A program made the translations under genes and the position numbers. Shown here one piece after another: positions 21,133 to 32,579 of a DNA stretch of 64,000 bases (positions are counted from its first letter, which is position 1; each line of letters opens with the position of its first letter). Under the pieces are notes generated by a model. It worked only from the letters and a program-made list of their open reading frames with translations, made no database searches and was not told where the DNA came from. Source of the stretch: Spirochaetota bacterium (GTDB lineage: Bacteria; Spirochaetota; UBA4802; UBA5550); assembly GCA_050298055.1 (NCBI GenBank), contig JBNKTL010000019.1:1-64000 (forward strand), in the 5' to 3' direction.

Positions 21133-22962
21133 TTATAATTTATTAATCTGTTTTATGACTTTTCCGATAGAATTTTCAATATCATTCAGAGAATCTATAT
21201 AAATATCATATTCCAGGTCAACCTGATTTTTTTCTCCTACCCATATGGTCAGGATTCTATCCGTATTAACACTTGTGTTAATGATTTTTAGGTCCTCCCT
21301 GTTTATCTCTATAGCAGTAATAATAAGAATTATTCCTGCCTCAATCATGATATTCGAAACTTCTGCCAGCCTCCTGATATGTTCTTCCCTGATATCCATG
21401 TCTGAAATACCCTTTATATCAGCATCAACACCATATATGATATTACCAATACCGAGAAAATATGACAACCTGCCTTTTTCTACTAGTTCTTTTTCAATCT
21501 TTTTAGCAAATGTCTTTTTACCGGCATCCTTTTTTCCCGAAATTACAACCAATGACGAATTTTGATTATATTTTTTTGCTCTTTCTTCATACGGGATACT
21601 GCTCATCTCCCATTTATAATTCCTGATTGAGACCTTATCTCTCTGCCAGTTTTGCTGATCTTCCAGACATTCTCTGATAATACCACCCCCGGCTATTTCA
21701 TAATCGTCTACGATTACAAACCGGCTCGTATACTGGTTATCCTCAACTTTATCAAATGCAACCGGCTTCAGCAGAGAGAGTATACATTCAGCAACATCAT
21801 GTCTGTTTATATTATCACTTTTCTGTTCATAGTCAAGGCTCGATGCATCAATAACCTTAATAATTTTTTCAAGCCGGGCAGATACCTTGGCTTTACCGAT
21901 TTTTATATAATAATCTTTATCCGGCTGCATAGGTTTTCTTCCAAGCCAGAACAGGCTTACCATTATTCTCGATGATACTTCTGGCTTCTTTTCGCCGGTT
22001 TTTACTATCAGTTCTCCTCTGGGGATATACAACTCATCTTCAAGTGTAAATCCTGTTGCAAAAGGAGATTCCACTGATTTATTTTCAGGGGAATTGAACG
22101 ATTCAATACTCTTAATGTTACTCTTTTTACCTGATGGGTAAAAGATAATTTCATCTCCAACAGTGATTGATCCTGTTAATACAGTACCGGCAATTATTCT
22201 TCTGTTATCACCAAACTTAGTAAATTTATAAATATCCTGTACCGGCATCCTGAAGGGCAAACTCTCTTCCTTTTTCTCAGAATTAAAATTATCAAGGGAA
22301 TCCAGAAGACAGGAACCTTTAAACCATCCCATTCTATTGAATTCTGATGTTATATTGTCACCATTTATTCCACTGACGGGAATAAAGGTTGAAGGCTCAA
22401 TACCAATCTCATTGAGAAACAGCATATACTGGTTGGTAATATCATTATAAACAGATTCATCATAATCTACTAAATCCATTTTATTTATGATAACGGCAAC
22501 CTGCGTTATCCCGAGCATTGAGAGCATGTATCCATGTCTTTTTGAATTTTCTTTAATACCTTCACTTGCATCAATAACAAGGACTGCAGCTTCAGCGTGT
22601 GATGCTCCGGTTATCATGTTCTTTAAAAACTCAATATGACCAGGTGCGTCAAAAATGACATAATGCCTTTTTCCTGTTTTAAAAAATATTCTTGCAGTAT
22701 CAATTGTAATACCCTGTGACTGCTCATCCTTTAAAGCATCCAGCAAAAAAGCATATTCAAAGGGTTTTGAACTTTTCTCACATGATTCCCTTACTTGCTC
22801 AAGTTTGCCCTCAGGAAGCGACCCTGTCTCAGCGAGGAGTTTTCCTACAATTGTGCTTTTCCCATGATCAACATGACCGACTATTACAATATTCATGGAG
22901 TCGGTTGAAGATCCTCCTAAAGCTGTATTTTCCGCTGATTTTTCTGATTTGCTAATATTCAA
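21133..22962 (-). CDS. cysN: Sulfate adenylyltransferase subunit 1 with a degenerate C-terminal APS-kinase-like domain
   Basis: [20 protein letters not shown] and NKMD GTPase motifs. C-terminal P-loop reads [10 protein letters not shown]. Confidence 0.92.
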   Translation of the reverse strand: MNISKSEKSAENTALGGSSTDSMNIVIVGHVDHGKSTIVGKLLAETGSLPEGKLEQVRESCEKSSKPFEYAFLLDALKDEQSQGITIDTARIFFKTGKRHYVIFDAPGHIEFLKNMITGASHAEAAVLVIDASEGIKENSKRHGYMLSMLGITQVAVIINKMDLVDYDESVYNDITNQYMLFLNEIGIEPSTFIPVSGINGDNITSEFNRMGWFKGSCLLDSLDNFNSEKKEESLPFRMPVQDIYKFTKFGDNRRIIAGTVLTGSITVGDEIIFYPSGKKSNIKSIESFNSPENKSVESPFATGFTLEDELYIPRGELIVKTGEKKPEVSSRIMVSLFWLGRKPMQPDKDYYIKIGKAKVSARLEKIIKVIDASSLDYEQKSDNINRHDVAECILSLLKPVAFDKVEDNQYTSRFVIVDDYEIAGGGIIRECLEDQQNWQRDKVSIRNYKWEMSSIPYEERAKKYNQNSSLVVISGKKDAGKKTFAKKIEKELVEKGRLSYFLGIGNIIYGVDADIKGISDMDIREEHIRRLAEVSNIMIEAGIILIITAIEINREDLKIINTSVNTDRILTIWVGEKNQVDLEYDIYIDSLNDIENSIGKVIKQINKL

Positions 22963-23002
22963 ACGTCTTTTCCAAATTATTATAAAATACCGATATTAAA
23001 GT

Positions 23003-23884
23003 CTACATATAACCTTCACGTCTTAATGTTTCCAATCCACCGCCATCATCTTTATCCTGTTCACGCCCGGACCTTTCAGCAATATTTTTCAAGTTGCCGC
23101 TTTTCAACTCTTCAATTATTTCCGGGACATTCCTGGATTCCGAATCTATCGGTTTTGTACAGGGCCAGCAACCGAGAGATCTGTACCTTTTCCCATTACC
23201 ATTATTATAATAGAGAGATACTGTTGGGATTTTCTCCCTGTTAATATATTCCCAGATATTAAGCTCGGTCCAGTCAAGAAGAGGATGAATTCTCACATGT
23301 GTTCCCGGAGCAAAGTCAGTTTTATACTGGTCCCAGAATTCAGGGGGTTGATCACTGATGTCCCATTCACTCTGTTTATCCCGGGAAGAAAAATATCTTT
23401 CTTTTGAGCGAGACCCCTCTTCATCAGCTCGTGCACCCACAATGACACCTGTGTACATCTCTTTGTTCGTATCAGTTTCATATTTATTTGTTTCATGATT
23501 ATACTTATACCTGGTCCAATGACCATTCAATGTATTGATCAGGGCATTTGTTTTTAAATTCTTACAGCAGTTGATTCTGTCAACATTCCCATCCGGAAAA
23601 GTTTCTTTTTTTTCCAGCGCATCATTATTCTGTCCATAAACCATGTAAAGTTTCCATTCCTTTGTCAGTTTGTCGCGGTATTCAATCATCTCAGGGATTT
23701 TATAGTTTGTATCAATATGTACTAACGGAAACGGGACATGGCCGAAAAAAGCTTTCCGTGTAAGCCAGAGTAATACCGTAGAATCCTTCCCAATAGACCA
23801 GAGCATGCAGAGATTTTTAAAATTTGCATAAGCTTCTCTGATTATATGTATACTGATATTTTCAAGTTGATCAAGCCGATCCAT
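23003..23884 (-). CDS. cysD: Sulfate adenylyltransferase subunit 2
   Basis: [31 protein letters not shown]-terminal REGYM. Confidence 0.95.
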   Translation of the reverse strand: MDRLDQLENISIHIIREAYANFKNLCMLWSIGKDSTVLLWLTRKAFFGHVPFPLVHIDTNYKIPEMIEYRDKLTKEWKLYMVYGQNNDALEKKETFPDGNVDRINCCKNLKTNALINTLNGHWTRYKYNHETNKYETDTNKEMYTGVIVGARADEEGSRSKERYFSSRDKQSEWDISDQPPEFWDQYKTDFAPGTHVRIHPLLDWTELNIWEYINREKIPTVSLYYNNGNGKRYRSLGCWPCTKPIDSESRNVPEIIEELKSGNLKNIAERSGREQDKDDGGGLETLRREGYM

Positions 23885-23900
23885 TCAACTCTCCACTTTC

Positions 23901-24635
23901 CTAGTTAAAAGTATATTTTTGCATCCTGTTGATAGAGCCAATGATTTTTTTTACCGAATCATTAACATCCATTTCATCAGTCTTAATTGTAATCTCAGGA
24001 TTTTCAGGTACTTCATAGGGATCATCAACTCCGGTAAAATTTTTAATTTCTCCGGAACGGGCTTTTTTATATAAACCCTTCGGATCCCTTCTTTCACAAA
24101 TTTCCAGAGACGCAGAAACATATACTTCAACAAAGTTATTTGTAATACTTCTTACAAAGTTTCTTGTTTCTTTATAAGGCGAAATGAATGAACAGATGAC
24201 GATTGTTCCCTGTTTTTCTAACAGTGAAGCAATGTAACCCACTCTTTTAATATGATGATCACGATCTTCTTTAGTAAAACCCGTTGACGGAAATATAGAC
24301 CGTATTGTATCACCGTCAAGATGTTCGACTTTATAACCCATATCTTTAAGTTTTTTTAAAGTCATTTGAGCAAGCGTGCTCTTACCCGATCCGGAAAGAC
24401 CGGTAAACCACAGAACAAAAGGCTCTGCCTGGTCTTTACCAATCTGGATAAGATTCCACAATCTCTCATGAAAATAATAAAGCAATAGTTTTATAAAAAC
24501 TTCAATCCCCCCTATGACAACTGCAACCTGTATTTTACCAACAAACAGGTACACTAACGCAATAGTAGCTAAAGTTGCTAATAATCGCCAGGATAATGTT
24601 TTAATTAATGCTCTTGTTCTGGTTTCAAGATACAA
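23901..24635 (-). CDS. cysC: Adenylyl-sulfate kinase with an N-terminal DUF2061-like membrane domain
   Basis: N-terminal RALIKTLSWR..YYFHERLW. WFTGLSGSGKST, LDGD, RDPKGLY, FTGVDDPYE. Confidence 0.93.
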   Translation of the reverse strand: MYLETRTRALIKTLSWRLLATLATIALVYLFVGKIQVAVVIGGIEVFIKLLLYYFHERLWNLIQIGKDQAEPFVLWFTGLSGSGKSTLAQMTLKKLKDMGYKVEHLDGDTIRSIFPSTGFTKEDRDHHIKRVGYIASLLEKQGTIVICSFISPYKETRNFVRSITNNFVEVYVSASLEICERRDPKGLYKKARSGEIKNFTGVDDPYEVPENPEITIKTDEMDVNDSVKKIIGSINRMQKYTFN

Positions 24636-24638
24636 CTA

Positions 24639-25778
24639 TTATACCCTTTCCTTTTTTAAAAAACTCTCTATTAAATTTATAATTTTCTGAGCTGCCAATC
24701 CTTTGCCATATAGATCTATCCAGTTATTATCCTCCCTTTTCCAATTAATCCCAATAGAAGCGAGTATATTTTCAATATTATTCCCCGCCAATTTCGCCCA
24801 TCCTGCCTCAACAAGTTCAATCCATTCAGTCTCATTCCTTGCAATAACAGATGGTGTTTTAAAAAAATAACTTTCCTTCTGTACACCGCCCGAATCGGTT
24901 AGAACAACCCTCGCATTCTTTTCAAGAATAACCATTTCGGTGTAGGAAACAGGTTCCGCTGTAACAAGATTACCAGGTAGTTTATCATTTATCAGATTAT
25001 AAAGTTCAAGACATTTCCTGGTCCGTGGGTGAATGGGGAAAAATACCTTTTTACCCGAATTTGCAAGCTTTATTAATGATTTCCATATATTTTTCAGTTT
25101 ATTTTCATTATCAGTATTCTCAGCTCGATGTATGGTCACAAGGACAAAGTTCTCAGGTTCAAGGTCATATTTCCCAAGTATTTCACCGGTTTTGTTTTCA
25201 ACTCTTTCATAAACCTCCAATGCAACATCAAACATTACGTCACCCACATTGGCTATCACTGGATTATGATCAGATGAAAGAGAATATCCCTCTTTGATAA
25301 GGTTCTGAATAGCTGTTTCTGTGGGACAGAAAAGTACCGATGAGACATTATCGGTAAGGATCCTGTTTATCTCTTCAGGCATTTTCTTATTGTAGCTCCG
25401 CAGTCCCGCTTCAACATGAGCTACTGGGATGTGGAGCTTTACAGCAGCAATGGCACCGGCAAGCGTAGTATTGGTATCACCATATACAAGGACCATTTCC
25501 GGTTTTTCATCAGCCAGGACCTTTTCAATCTCTATAAGCATCTTCCCGGTCATTTCACCATGACTTCCGGAACCTACTTCCAGGAAATAATCCGGTTCAG
25601 GGATCTCTAGTTCAGTAAAGAATACCTCGGACATATTGAAGTCGTAGTGCTGGCCAGTGTGAACAATCTTCTCCCGGTATCCCGCTTCTCTCAATTTTTT
25701 CGAAACGATGGATGCTTTTATAAACTGAGGTCTGGCACCGACTATGGTTAGTATCTTATCCTTGATATTGTTCTTCAT
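24639..25778 (-). CDS. wecB: Non-hydrolysing UDP-GlcNAc 2-epimerase family (WbpI-like)
   Basis: GARPQFIK, HTGQH, GDTNT, HVEAGLRS, TDSGGVQKE. Confidence 0.93.
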   Translation of the reverse strand: MKNNIKDKILTIVGARPQFIKASIVSKKLREAGYREKIVHTGQHYDFNMSEVFFTELEIPEPDYFLEVGSGSHGEMTGKMLIEIEKVLADEKPEMVLVYGDTNTTLAGAIAAVKLHIPVAHVEAGLRSYNKKMPEEINRILTDNVSSVLFCPTETAIQNLIKEGYSLSSDHNPVIANVGDVMFDVALEVYERVENKTGEILGKYDLEPENFVLVTIHRAENTDNENKLKNIWKSLIKLANSGKKVFFPIHPRTRKCLELYNLINDKLPGNLVTAEPVSYTEMVILEKNARVVLTDSGGVQKESYFFKTPSVIARNETEWIELVEAGWAKLAGNNIENILASIGINWKREDNNWIDLYGKGLAAQKIINLIESFLKKERV

Positions 25779-25867
25779 ATGATAATTACATACTGAAATG
25801 AAAGCCTTTCATAAAGACATGACGAGTGACTTATAGTTAAAAAGAACTGAGAAATCCTTATAAATCA

Positions 25868-26986
25868 TTACTTGCGGGATCCTTCCTTAATTGCGTCAAT
25901 AATTATATTCTGATCATATTCTTCCAGGTACCCGTGCATTGGCAGGCTGAATATTTTTCCCGATATTTCTTCACTTACAGGAAAATCACCCTTTTTATAT
26001 CCAAGACTCTCATATGCTTTGAGGAATGGGAGCGGAGTTCTATAATAGACCATTGCAGGGATATTATTGTCGCTGAGATGAGACATGATTTTTTCACGTT
26101 TATCAGAAATCACTGAATACTGAGCCCATGCGGAAACATTCCCATCCTTAACAGATGGTATTTTTACAATATCCTGTAATCCTTCATTATATCTGCTTGC
26201 CACAGCCTGCTTTCTGGTAAGTTCATCAAGAAAAATATCAAACTTTGCAAGCATTATTGCAGCCTGTAGCGTATCCAGCCGCCCATTTACTCCTATTCTA
26301 ATATTATCATACTTATCTTTACCCTGTCCGTGTACTCTGATAGATTTTAGTTTATCATATATTTCTTCACTGTCCGTAAAAACCATCCCCCCGTCTCCAT
26401 AGCATCCGAAAGGTTTTGCAGGAAAAAAGCTTGTTGCCGCAACATTAGTAAGGGAACAGTTTTTCTTTCCTTTATAAGAGCCTCCAAATGATTGAGCTGC
26501 ATCCTCAAGGACAAAGAGGTTATTTTTTTTTGCTAATGCGTTTATTTCATTAAAATCTGCCGCCTGACCGAAGAGGTCTACAGGTATAATTCCCCTGGGT
26601 GTTAAATTATTTTCATTTTTAACCTTTTCTATCGCTTTCTCAAGCTCTCCCGTGTCAATATTGAAGGTATCCTTTTCAATGTCGACAAAAACAGGTGTAG
26701 CTCCGAGCAGGCTAATAACCTCAGCCGTTGCGATAAAGCTGAAAGCGGTTGTAAAGACAGCATCTCCCGGACCGATATCATATGCCATCAGGGGCATTAG
26801 GAGAGCATCGGTTCCGCTTGACACTCCAACAGCATACTTGGTACCGGTATAATCGGCAAGTTTCTCCTCAAGCTCACTGACTTCCGGACCGTTTATATAC
26901 CTTCCGTGATCCAGGACTTTTTTTATATTTTTTTCAATATTATCACGTATACGTTCCTGTTGTGATTTAAGATCAATAAATTGCAT
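25868..26986 (-). CDS. DegT/DnrJ PLP aminotransferase (WbpE-like)
   Basis: MQFIDLK, EDAAQS, SFFPAKPFGCYGDGG. Confidence 0.93.
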   Translation of the reverse strand: MQFIDLKSQQERIRDNIEKNIKKVLDHGRYINGPEVSELEEKLADYTGTKYAVGVSSGTDALLMPLMAYDIGPGDAVFTTAFSFIATAEVISLLGATPVFVDIEKDTFNIDTGELEKAIEKVKNENNLTPRGIIPVDLFGQAADFNEINALAKKNNLFVLEDAAQSFGGSYKGKKNCSLTNVAATSFFPAKPFGCYGDGGMVFTDSEEIYDKLKSIRVHGQGKDKYDNIRIGVNGRLDTLQAAIMLAKFDIFLDELTRKQAVASRYNEGLQDIVKIPSVKDGNVSAWAQYSVISDKREKIMSHLSDNNIPAMVYYRTPLPFLKAYESLGYKKGDFPVSEEISGKIFSLPMHGYLEEYDQNIIIDAIKEGSRK

Positions 26987-27062
26987 TTGTTCAAAACCTC
27001 ATGCTATTTCATTAGTTAAAATTAAATATAATTCAATGAATTTATCCATAACCGGCAGAGAA

Positions 27063-28037
27063 CTACCTGCTTAACTTCTCCATTAAGTCTATACCCTCCA
27101 GAACCTCTTCAACTGAAGGAAAAAGCTCAAAGTTTCCCTGCACAATGTGTTCATACATTTTATCATGTCCCCTCAGGTGTCCGTCATTTTCCGTAAAATC
27201 GATGTCCGGTTTTTCCAGACCATCCACATCCCAAAAACTTATGGTATTAAGATTAGTTCCGGTTAAATGCACTGTTCCTTTCTTCCCTATTATACTCATC
27301 TCAGTAATGTAGTTCTCCCTGAATGTGCTTATAGTCGCATTAAGTGTTCCAACTGTTCCCGATTTAAATTTAAAAACAGCTGAAATCGTGTCTTTTATAT
27401 CAAGATTCCTCAAATCCCCATTAAGTCCCTTGTAGTCGTCCAGGTTCCCAAAGAAATAGAGCAGCATATCAACATAATGGCTTGCCTGAGTGTAGAGAAT
27501 TCCCCCATCCATATCCGGTGAACCATGCCAGTCAACCTTAAAATACTCATCATTCCTGTTCCAGAAAATATTCACATTAAACTGGAAAATTTCACCAAAA
27601 ACACCCTTTTTTATCAGCTCCCTTATAAATTCAACAAGAGGATTATACCTGTTCTGGTATACCGGAAGGAGAATTTTTTTATTATCTTTTGCAAAAGAAA
27701 AAAGGTCCATTGTTTCCGTTACAGTGAGGGCAATCGGTTTTTCACAAACAATACAGGTTGCATCAGATTTTTCAATGGATGTTTTTATATGTTCAGGGTG
27801 TAAACCTGAAGGCGTAGTGATTGAGATCACATCGACGCCATTAATCTCAGAAATTTCTGTTACATGTTTTATACCGAGTGATTCGGCTGTTTCCCTGGCT
27901 TTTCCCTCATCAGAATCACATACTACAGAGATCTCTATCCCCTCTGTTGAATTTATCGCATCAATATGCCGTTTTGCAATACGCCCGCATCCAACAAGGG
28001 CGACTTTTTTTCTGGTCATAAATTCGTCCTTATCCAC
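27063..28037 (-). CDS. Gfo/Idh/MocA oxidoreductase (WbpB-like 3-dehydrogenase)
   Basis: VGCGRIA, TPSGLH, CEKP, QASHYVD. Confidence 0.9.
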   Translation of the reverse strand: MDKDEFMTRKKVALVGCGRIAKRHIDAINSTEGIEISVVCDSDEGKARETAESLGIKHVTEISEINGVDVISITTPSGLHPEHIKTSIEKSDATCIVCEKPIALTVTETMDLFSFAKDNKKILLPVYQNRYNPLVEFIRELIKKGVFGEIFQFNVNIFWNRNDEYFKVDWHGSPDMDGGILYTQASHYVDMLLYFFGNLDDYKGLNGDLRNLDIKDTISAVFKFKSGTVGTLNATISTFRENYITEMSIIGKKGTVHLTGTNLNTISFWDVDGLEKPDIDFTENDGHLRGHDKMYEHIVQGNFELFPSVEEVLEGIDLMEKLSR

Positions 28038-28094
28038 TTAAAATCAAAATATTTTATTGATGATATTGTTCTATCATCAAATATCACTTTCAAC

Positions 28095-29432
28095 TTATAA
28101 TTTATAAATTTTTTCCCCATCATCAATTCCATGAGTGGCATTTCTTAAATCAACAACCAGGTTGGCTCTGTCAACAATACTTTTAACATCAAAGACAGAG
28201 TGATTCGTAGTAAAAACAATACAATCCATTTTTTCGATCAATTCATCCGTTAAGTCAGAATTATTATACTCTCTCCCTTCCGAAGTTGAAATATTTTTGA
28301 TATAAGGATCATGGAAATAGACTTCACCCTTCTTCTTTGCCACTTCATCAATTATTTTTAGCGCCGGGCTCTCCCTCTCATCATCAATTTCAGGTTTGTA
28401 TGCCACACCGAGGAAAAGGATCTTTGAACCATTAATTGATTTTTTATGACGATTCAGTGCCGTATTGATTTTAATTGACATTCTGTGAGGCATCAGGTTA
28501 TCTATATGGCCTGCAGTGTGAATCATTGTCAGATCAAACTGGTAGTTTTTTGCAATATGCTCCAGGTAAAAGGGATCAAGAGGTATACAGTGGCCGCCAA
28601 TACCCGGTCCGGGATAAAAAGGCTGGTATCCGAATGGTTTTGTCTTTGCCGCTTCAATAACCTCCCATATATCGATATCCATTTTTCCGGAAAGAAGCGC
28701 CATTTCATTAATAAGGCTGATATTAATAAGCCTGTATGTGTTTTCAAGAATTTTCACCATTTCGGCAATCTTCGGAGAACTTACAGGATGCACTTGCTGT
28801 ATGGCCTTTTCATAAAGAGCAATTCCGATCTCATTAGCGTCTTTACCAAAACCTCCGACCACTTTAGGTGTATTCTCTGTCTTATGGATATGATTCCCCG
28901 GATCAACCCTTTCAGGAGAATAGCAGAGCCAAAAGTCTTTCCCACACTCCATTCCCGATTCCCTTTCAATAATAGGCTTCATGAAGTTTTCAGTTGTTGT
29001 TGGATAAGTTGTGCTTTCAAGAGATATAAAAGTCCCCCTTTTCATATTCTTTCCAATATCAATACATGAATTTTCAATATAAGTCATATCCGGTTTTTTA
29101 AACTTATCCAGGGGGGTGGGAACACAGATAATGATAATATCACACTCTTTTATAACTGTTTCATCAGTGGTTGCCTTAAGAAACCCATCGTTAACAACAT
29201 TCTTCAGTTCATCATTACTGACATCACCAATATAGTTCTTTCCTGAATTCACAAAATCAGCCTTCTTTGAAGATTTTTCAATCCCAATAACATTCAGTTC
29301 TTTTTTAGCAAAAAGAACTGCCAGGGGTAATCCCACATATCCCAGCCCAAGTATCCCGATTTTGACTGTCTTATCTTCAATATTTTTCAATATTTCTTCT
29401 TTCAAAGAACTATCTGCATCTTTAGTATTCAC
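28095..29432 (-). CDS. UDP-GlcNAc 6-dehydrogenase (WbpA-like)
   Basis: GLGYVGLP, CVPTP, SPERVDPG, GGHCIPLDP, RESP. Confidence 0.93.
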   Translation of the reverse strand: MNTKDADSSLKEEILKNIEDKTVKIGILGLGYVGLPLAVLFAKKELNVIGIEKSSKKADFVNSGKNYIGDVSNDELKNVVNDGFLKATTDETVIKECDIIIICVPTPLDKFKKPDMTYIENSCIDIGKNMKRGTFISLESTTYPTTTENFMKPIIERESGMECGKDFWLCYSPERVDPGNHIHKTENTPKVVGGFGKDANEIGIALYEKAIQQVHPVSSPKIAEMVKILENTYRLINISLINEMALLSGKMDIDIWEVIEAAKTKPFGYQPFYPGPGIGGHCIPLDPFYLEHIAKNYQFDLTMIHTAGHIDNLMPHRMSIKINTALNRHKKSINGSKILFLGVAYKPEIDDERESPALKIIDEVAKKKGEVYFHDPYIKNISTSEGREYNNSDLTDELIEKMDCIVFTTNHSVFDVKSIVDRANLVVDLRNATHGIDDGEKIYKL

Positions 29433-29492
29433 ATGTTCTCTCCATACTCATCATCTATCAGCTGTAATGTAAAATCCCAACAACCTAATTTT

Positions 29493-30065
29493 TTACTTTT
29501 CTACAACCGGGACTAAAACTCCTTCGGCTTCCCTATACTCATTACCGCATTTGTGACAATTAAGCACACTCCCTTTCAAAACCTCTCCACACTTACAGAC
29601 CCAGCCGCTCCTCAGAGCAGGGACCCCTGTCATGAGCGCATACTCCGGAACATCTTTGGTTACAACAGCACCGGCACCGATTAAAGCATATTTTCCTATG
29701 GTAATTCCGCAGACAATTGTTGCATTTGCTCCTATTGTAGATCCCTGCTTTAACAATGTTTTTCTAAATTCATCTTTTTTTTCAACAAAAGCCCTGGGAT
29801 TAATAACATTTGTAAAAACCATTGAAGGACCGCAGAAAACATCATCTTCAATTTCCACACCTTTATAGACAGATACATTGTTCTGGATTTTACAATTATT
29901 CCCGACTTTTACATTTGGTCCAACAACAACATTCTGACCTATTACACAGTTGTTTCCGATAATTGTATCAGATAATATATGTGAAAAGTGCCATATTTTT
30001 GTGCCATTTCCAATTATAACATCTTCATCAATGAAACTGCTTTTATGAACAAAATTTTCAGACAT
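29493..30065 (-). CDS. N-acetyltransferase (WbpD-like, LbH)
   Basis: [32 protein letters not shown]-terminal CKCG..CHKC. Confidence 0.92.
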   Translation of the reverse strand: MSENFVHKSSFIDEDVIIGNGTKIWHFSHILSDTIIGNNCVIGQNVVVGPNVKVGNNCKIQNNVSVYKGVEIEDDVFCGPSMVFTNVINPRAFVEKKDEFRKTLLKQGSTIGANATIVCGITIGKYALIGAGAVVTKDVPEYALMTGVPALRSGWVCKCGEVLKGSVLNCHKCGNEYREAEGVLVPVVEK

Positions 30066-30274
30066 AAATAACCTTAACCCTTTAACAATAAGTTTCCACT
30101 TTCCAAGGTGTATTTACTATTTTATTATGTTTTATTATAGTTGTTTACGATAAATTGAAAAAAAGAAAAAGGGAATTTCCCAGCTCATTTTACACAAAAA
30201 TTTTTAATAATTAAGCTACAAAAGTGAACTTTTTTATAATGAATATTATACTGTCAACTTCTTTTGCATAAACA

Positions 30275-31324
30275 TCACCTATAATACTCTCTGTACCACT
30301 CCACAAACCTGTTAATCCCTTCCTGAAGGGGAGTATCAGGTTTGAATCCCACATCCTTTATCAGGTCATCAACATCGGCATAGGTTTCAAACATATCCCC
30401 GGGCTGCATGGGCTTCATGTTTTTCTTCGCTTTCTTCCCCAGGGCTTTTTCTATGGACCCGATAAAATCCATGAGATTTTCCGGTGAATTGTTTCCGATA
30501 TTATAGACCCTGTATGGCGCGTTTGATCTACCTGGATCAAAATCATCGATATCCCGGTCATTATTCCCTGTTGGCGGATTATCAATAACTCTTACAACAC
30601 CTTCAACGATATCATCGACATAAGTAAAGTCCCTTTTCAGGTTACCGTCATTGTAGACATCTATGGCTTTCCCTTCCAGGATGAGCCGGGTAAATTTGAA
30701 ATAAGCCATATCAGGCCTCCCCCAGGGTCCGTAAACAGTAAAAAACCTGAGCCCCGTAGTGGGTATACCGAAGAGATGGCTGTAGGTATGGGCCATGAGC
30801 TCGTTTGACTTCTTGCTGGCCGCATAGAGGGTGATGGGATGGTCTACATTGTCCTTTGTGCTGAAAGGAATTTTTTTATTCAGGCCGTATACAGAGGATG
30901 TGCTGGCGTAGACAAGGTGCTTTGTCCCGCCATACCTGCAGCACTCCAGGATGTTCATAAAGCCATTGATATTCGAATCTATATAAGCATAGGGGTTCTC
31001 TAATGAATACCTTACGCCAGCCTGGGCCGCCAGGTTGCAGACAGCATCGAACTTCTCTTTCTCAAAAAGTTTCGGCAGGTTTTCCCGGTCACCCAGGTCC
31101 ATTTTAACAAACCTGTAATTGTTATGCTTTACAGACCTGACCGGAACATTATATTGAATATTATCCTTCTCAATTCCTGTCTCTTTAAGACGGCCGTATT
31201 TCAGTTCCGTGTCATAATAATCGTTTATGTTATCAAGACCCACTACAGTATCTCCCCTTTCGAGAAGTTTTTTTGCCGTATGAAACCCGATAAAGCCCGC
31301 TGTTCCCGTAACCAGTATTTTCAT
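30275..31324 (-). CDS. UDP-glucuronate 4-epimerase-like SDR
   Basis: [37 protein letters not shown]. Confidence 0.92.
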   Translation of the reverse strand: MKILVTGTAGFIGFHTAKKLLERGDTVVGLDNINDYYDTELKYGRLKETGIEKDNIQYNVPVRSVKHNNYRFVKMDLGDRENLPKLFEKEKFDAVCNLAAQAGVRYSLENPYAYIDSNINGFMNILECCRYGGTKHLVYASTSSVYGLNKKIPFSTKDNVDHPITLYAASKKSNELMAHTYSHLFGIPTTGLRFFTVYGPWGRPDMAYFKFTRLILEGKAIDVYNDGNLKRDFTYVDDIVEGVVRVIDNPPTGNNDRDIDDFDPGRSNAPYRVYNIGNNSPENLMDFIGSIEKALGKKAKKNMKPMQPGDMFETYADVDDLIKDVGFKPDTPLQEGINRFVEWYREYYR

Positions 31325-31484
31325 CTATTACCTTTCTTTTTCATTGTTTTTCTCAAAGAATCCAATCAAATATTTCCAATTTGTACTGAAGGTCAAGACA
31401 TTTATTATTTCATTGCAGTTATCAAAATAACCTTGATAAAATTTGATACTCAAAATATATGTATGGGGAATATAAAGATAACTG

Positions 31485-31519
31485 ATATGTCCCCGCTAAC
31501 AAAGGCGGCAGGGACATAT
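31485..31519. repeat. Intergenic hairpin
   Basis: atatgtccc-cgc...gcg-gca-gggacatat inverted repeat in a divergent intergenic region. Confidence 0.5.
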
Positions 31520-31576
31520 TATTGATTTTTTAGTAAAATACATATAATCAAGGCTTAAAATAAATTAAAATCTTCT

Positions 31577-31610
31577 CCCTCTCTTTCAAGGTGAGGGCCG
31601 GGGTGGGGTC
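31577..31610 (+). repeat. Degenerate copy of the REP-like element at 32600
   Basis: ccctctc...gagggccggggtggggtc versus ccctctccc...gagggggccggggggtgagggc. Confidence 0.5.
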
Positions 31611-31612
31611 AA

Positions 31613-32560
31613 ATGGTCCGGGTAAAAAACCTGAAAAAACACTTTAAAACAAGGAAGAGCGGTCTTTTCGATAAACCGGGGACTGTTCGTGCACTGGACG
31701 GTATCGATTTTAGCATTAAGAAAGGACAGACCCTGGGGATGGTGGGCGAAAGCGGAAGTGGAAAGACAACTGCCGCCCGGTCAATACTTCGCCTCATAGA
31801 ACCGGATGAAGGGGAGATTATCATTGATGACGTACATGTACATTCTCTCGAAAAAAATGAACTCAGGGAGTTCAGGAAGAACATGCAGCTGGTTTTCCAG
31901 GACCCTTACAGTTCCCTCAACCCGCGGATGACCATAGGAAAGATAGTATCCGAACCTCTTCGGATACACTCGATTTTAAGAAAAAATGAAATTTCAGACA
32001 GGCTTGATGATCTTCTTGAGATGGTGGGCCTGAAACCGGAACATGCCGGGAGATACCCCCACGAATTCAGCGGCGGCCAGAGACAGAGAATCGGAATAGC
32101 CCGGGCCATCGCCCTTAATCCGAAATTTATCATACTGGATGAACCGGTGTCAGCCCTGGACGTTTCCATTCAGGGTCAGGTCCTCAACCTCCTCTCTGAC
32201 CTCCAGGAAAAACTGGGCCTCACCTATCTCTTCGTAGCCCATGATCTTGCTGTTGTTGAGCATATGAGTGATGAACTTGTGATCATGTACCTGGGACGAG
32301 TTGCTGAGAAGAGCACAAAGAAAGGTATATATGAAAATCCCCTGCATCCCTATACAAAAAGCCTCATGAAATCCATACCTGAGATCAGACCGGAAAAGAG
32401 GGGGATAACGGCCCTCAAAGGGGAGATCCCCTCACCGGAAAATCCGCCGCCAGGCTGCTATTTTCATCCCCGGTGCCCCCGTGCCATGGATATTTGCAAA
32501 AAAGAATACCCCGAAAAAAGAAGTGTCGGGGAATCGGAAGTTGCCTGTCATCTCTACTGA
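31613..32560 (+). CDS. Oligopeptide/dipeptide ABC transporter ATP-binding subunit (OppF/AppF-like)
   Basis: GESGSGKT, FSGGQRQR, LDEP, HPYT, PPPGCYFHPRCP. Confidence 0.95.
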   Translation: MVRVKNLKKHFKTRKSGLFDKPGTVRALDGIDFSIKKGQTLGMVGESGSGKTTAARSILRLIEPDEGEIIIDDVHVHSLEKNELREFRKNMQLVFQDPYSSLNPRMTIGKIVSEPLRIHSILRKNEISDRLDDLLEMVGLKPEHAGRYPHEFSGGQRQRIGIARAIALNPKFIILDEPVSALDVSIQGQVLNLLSDLQEKLGLTYLFVAHDLAVVEHMSDELVIMYLGRVAEKSTKKGIYENPLHPYTKSLMKSIPEIRPEKRGITALKGEIPSPENPPPGCYFHPRCPRAMDICKKEYPEKRSVGESEVACHLY

Positions 32561-32579
32561 TAAAAGTAATAATAAATTG

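Noticed and set aside
21133..22962. Translation elongation factor
   Set aside because: The GTPase motifs belong to CysN, given the adjacent cysD/cysC and the kinase-like tail.
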